Below are positions 61,345-64,000 of a stretch of DNA of 64,000 nucleotides, piece by piece (position 1 is the stretch's first letter; the number at the start of each line of letters is the position of its first letter). Location of the stretch: positions 413,850,001-413,914,000 of the forward strand of contig OZ024741.1 of assembly GCA_964016885.1 (NCBI GenBank), in the 5' to 3' direction. This DNA is from Eledone cirrhosa. Its lineage: Eukaryota. A program made the position numbers and the translations under genes. The notes beneath the pieces were generated by a model, which ran no database searches, had not been told where the DNA came from, and worked only from the letters and a program-made list of their open reading frames with translations.

Positions 61345-64000
61345 ATCATCATCATCATCATCATCATCATCGTTTAACGTCCATCTTCTACGCTTGCATG
61401 GGTTTGGACGGGAGTTTTCCCACTTGAGGCAAGAGTGGTTGTCTTGCTCGCATAGGACTGTCTGGCGGGTTTTCTACGGCTGGATGTCCTTCCTAACACC
61501 AACCACGTTTACGGTGTGGACGGGGAGGTTTTTACCGTGTTACGTACACGGCCACATTACAGCGTGGACTGTGTGTTTTTGTTGTGACACCTACACGACC
61601 TCATTTGTTTCGAACTGGATGTTGTGGTACCAACATAACTTTATATTGAAAGGGGTGAGGGTAGTGGGACGGGGGTGTATTTGTGTTAGAGGTGCCTACT
61701 GACTGTAGTAGGTTTCACTTGGTACTTAGGTAAGGCGGGTCTTCTGTATTACTGTGTAGCGCCAAAGATCTCGTTCCAGTGACATTGTCTTGGAGAGGTG
61801 TAATTGTGTGAGGTCGGAATTTATCAAGTTTTTCTGGGTCTGCCTACTCCGTGGCTACCGTCTATATTTATTGCCCTGCACTTTTTTATACAGCTGTTGT
61901 CTTTCATGCGCATCACGTGACCGTACCAACGTAGTCTTCTCTCGAGTAAACAACATCTGATCCCTCTTCTTCCTAATTTCTCACTTAGTTCATTTATGCT
62001 TTGCCGTTCACGTATATTACTATTACACATCCAGCGGAGCATGCAAGCTTCGTTTCTCTCCAGTCTGCGTATATCCTCTGCACACAATGCCCAGGTCTCA
62101 CTGCCATGCAACATTGCTGTTCGTATGCAGGCATCATACAACCTGCTTTCATTTTTAGGGAGAACCCTTTAGCGGCTAATAGTGGTATAAGCTCTCTGAA
62201 CTTTTTCCATCCAGTTCTGACTCTAGCTACTGTACTTTCAGAGCACCCTCCCCCACTGCTGATTTTGTCACCCAGGTAACGGAAGCTGTCCACTATTTCT
62301 ATAGAACCCTCTGCGCAATTGAAAGAGTTAGTATTTTGTGGGCACTTGCTGCTACTTATTGCACCAGAGCACCGGCCACATGTAAAATCTGTGTTCTTAG
62401 TTAACTTACCTGTGATCCCACTACATCTTTTATGCACCCATACTTTGCATTTCTGACACAAAATGGAGTTTCTACCTACGCCTTTCCTACACACTGAGCA
62501 TGGCCATTTCCCAGAGGGGACCGGTGCCTTATTTTCTTTCCTACAAACTAGAACTTTAGTCTTAGCCAGGTTAATTTTAAGGCCTTTTGATTCTAGGCCG
62601 TGCTTCCACGTTTGGAATTTCTTCTCTAGCTCGGCCATTGATTCAGCTATGAGTGTTAGATCATCTGCGTATAGGAGTTCCCATGGGCAGCCGGTCTTGA
62701 ACTCCTCTGTTATAGCCTGAAGGGCAATAATAAATCGTAGGGGGCTAAGAACAGAGCCCTGATGGACACCAACTTTTACGCTAAACTCTTCACTATATTC
62801 GTTGTTAATTCTAACCTTGCTGACTGTTTCTTTATACATGGCTTGTATGGCTCTCACAAGCCATTCGTCAACACCTAGTTTTCTAAGAGCCCACCAGATA
62901 ATGGAACGGGGGACTCTGTCGAAGGCTTTCTCCAAGTCGACAAAAGCTAAGTATAGGGGTTTACTTTTAGCTAGGTACTTCTCCAGTAGTTGTCGTACAA
63001 TGAAAAGAGTGTGGTACTTTTACCTGACACAAACCCGAACTGCATTTCATCTAGATCAATTCGCTCTCTGATTAGTTGCGCTATTACTTTTTCTGTGACC
63101 TTCATGACCTAGTCAATTAATTTAATGCCTCTATAGTTTCCCCTATCTAGGGCATCACCTTTACCCTTGTAGCAGTTAATGATGATGCTGCTGCACCAGT
63201 CCTTCGGAACAACCCCATTCTGTATGACTTGGTTTACTATCCGGGTGACCATAGTGTGTCCCACCGTTCCAGATGCTTTCAGCATTTCGGCAACTATTTC
63301 CGAAGGCCCGGCCGCCTTGCCCGTCTTCATGTCTTTGATCGTCTTACTTATTATACTACCTTCAACTAGCACTGCTGGTCCCTCTATTTGGTCAATGTGG
63401 GGGAGACTGTCTTTCTCCCAATTATTCTCCTCATTTAGTAGCCTTTCGTAGTGACACTTCCAAGTTACCTTCTTATCAGCATCAGTGATGGCAAGTACAC
63501 CATCATCATTTAGGACACACTTCTCCCCAACAATATCACTGTTTTCCTTGACACATTGCCTAGCAATCCTTAACACCTCACGTTTTTGGTCCTCGCATTG
63601 TAGAACATGCTTGAACTTTCTTTCCTCTGCTTCCCTTCTTGCGAAGTACACTTGTCTCCTAGCTTCCCTCCTGGCCACTTGATAGTCTTCTCTACTTCCC
63701 CCATCTCGCCATGCTTTCCAAGCCTGCTTTTTGGCCTTGATTGACCTCTCCACCTTTCTGTTCCACCACCAAGTTACTCTCCTCCTGCCTATAGGCCTGC
63801 TCCAGCCACAGGTTTCATCTGTCGCCTTCAGCAGGTTAGCTTTCAGGAATTCCCACTGTTCCTCTATATTGTACGACTCTAATTGCTCTTCCTTACTGTC
63901 GAAAGCATCAAGTAATATGCTTTGAAATTTATTTCTGGCTGTGGGGTCCTTTAGCTTCCATATTTTTCTCCTGAGGATAGTCCTCTTCTGCTGTCTAGTA
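61345..64000 (-). mobile_element. RTE-clade LINE, long copy running past the right edge; RT broken by frameshifts and stops
   Basis: ORFs 63109-63753 (GKAAGPSEI.AEML, YKGKGD, NYRGIKL), 61994-62935 (EKAFDRV, GVHQGSVLSP, LYADD, FRYLG) and 61824-62141; 3' UTR with (TGA)n tail at 61345-61371. Confidence 0.96.

Overview
Eukaryotic, repeat-rich animal DNA; the repeat content suggests a mollusc, probably a cephalopod (inference). Bases 1-39070 are a single 47-bp tandem satellite of about 830 units, with an internal hairpin and layered higher-order duplications. It is not a CRISPR array. The rest holds five spliced + strand exons (39760-55683) that join in frame into the C-terminal 232 aa of a TIR-domain (TIR_2-like) plus SAM-like protein. 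The first TIR strand is missing, so the satellite probably lies in a giant intron. Introns and flanks contain RTE-clade LINEs with a PHD-like finger inside the RT, CR1 remnants, tRNA-derived SINEs, a non-autonomous Helitron, a Penelope-like GIY-YIG element and several minimal hammerhead-ribozyme motifs. Most notable: (1) the satellite monomer is homologous to a 48-bp doublet in the local RTE 3' UTR, seen here at about 2, 6 and 830 copies; (2) several other tandem arrays sit at the 5' junctions of truncated retroelements; (3) the hammerheads include a U3:A8 covariant pair inside a long inverted repeat; (4) the TIR retains the NADase-type catalytic Glu.
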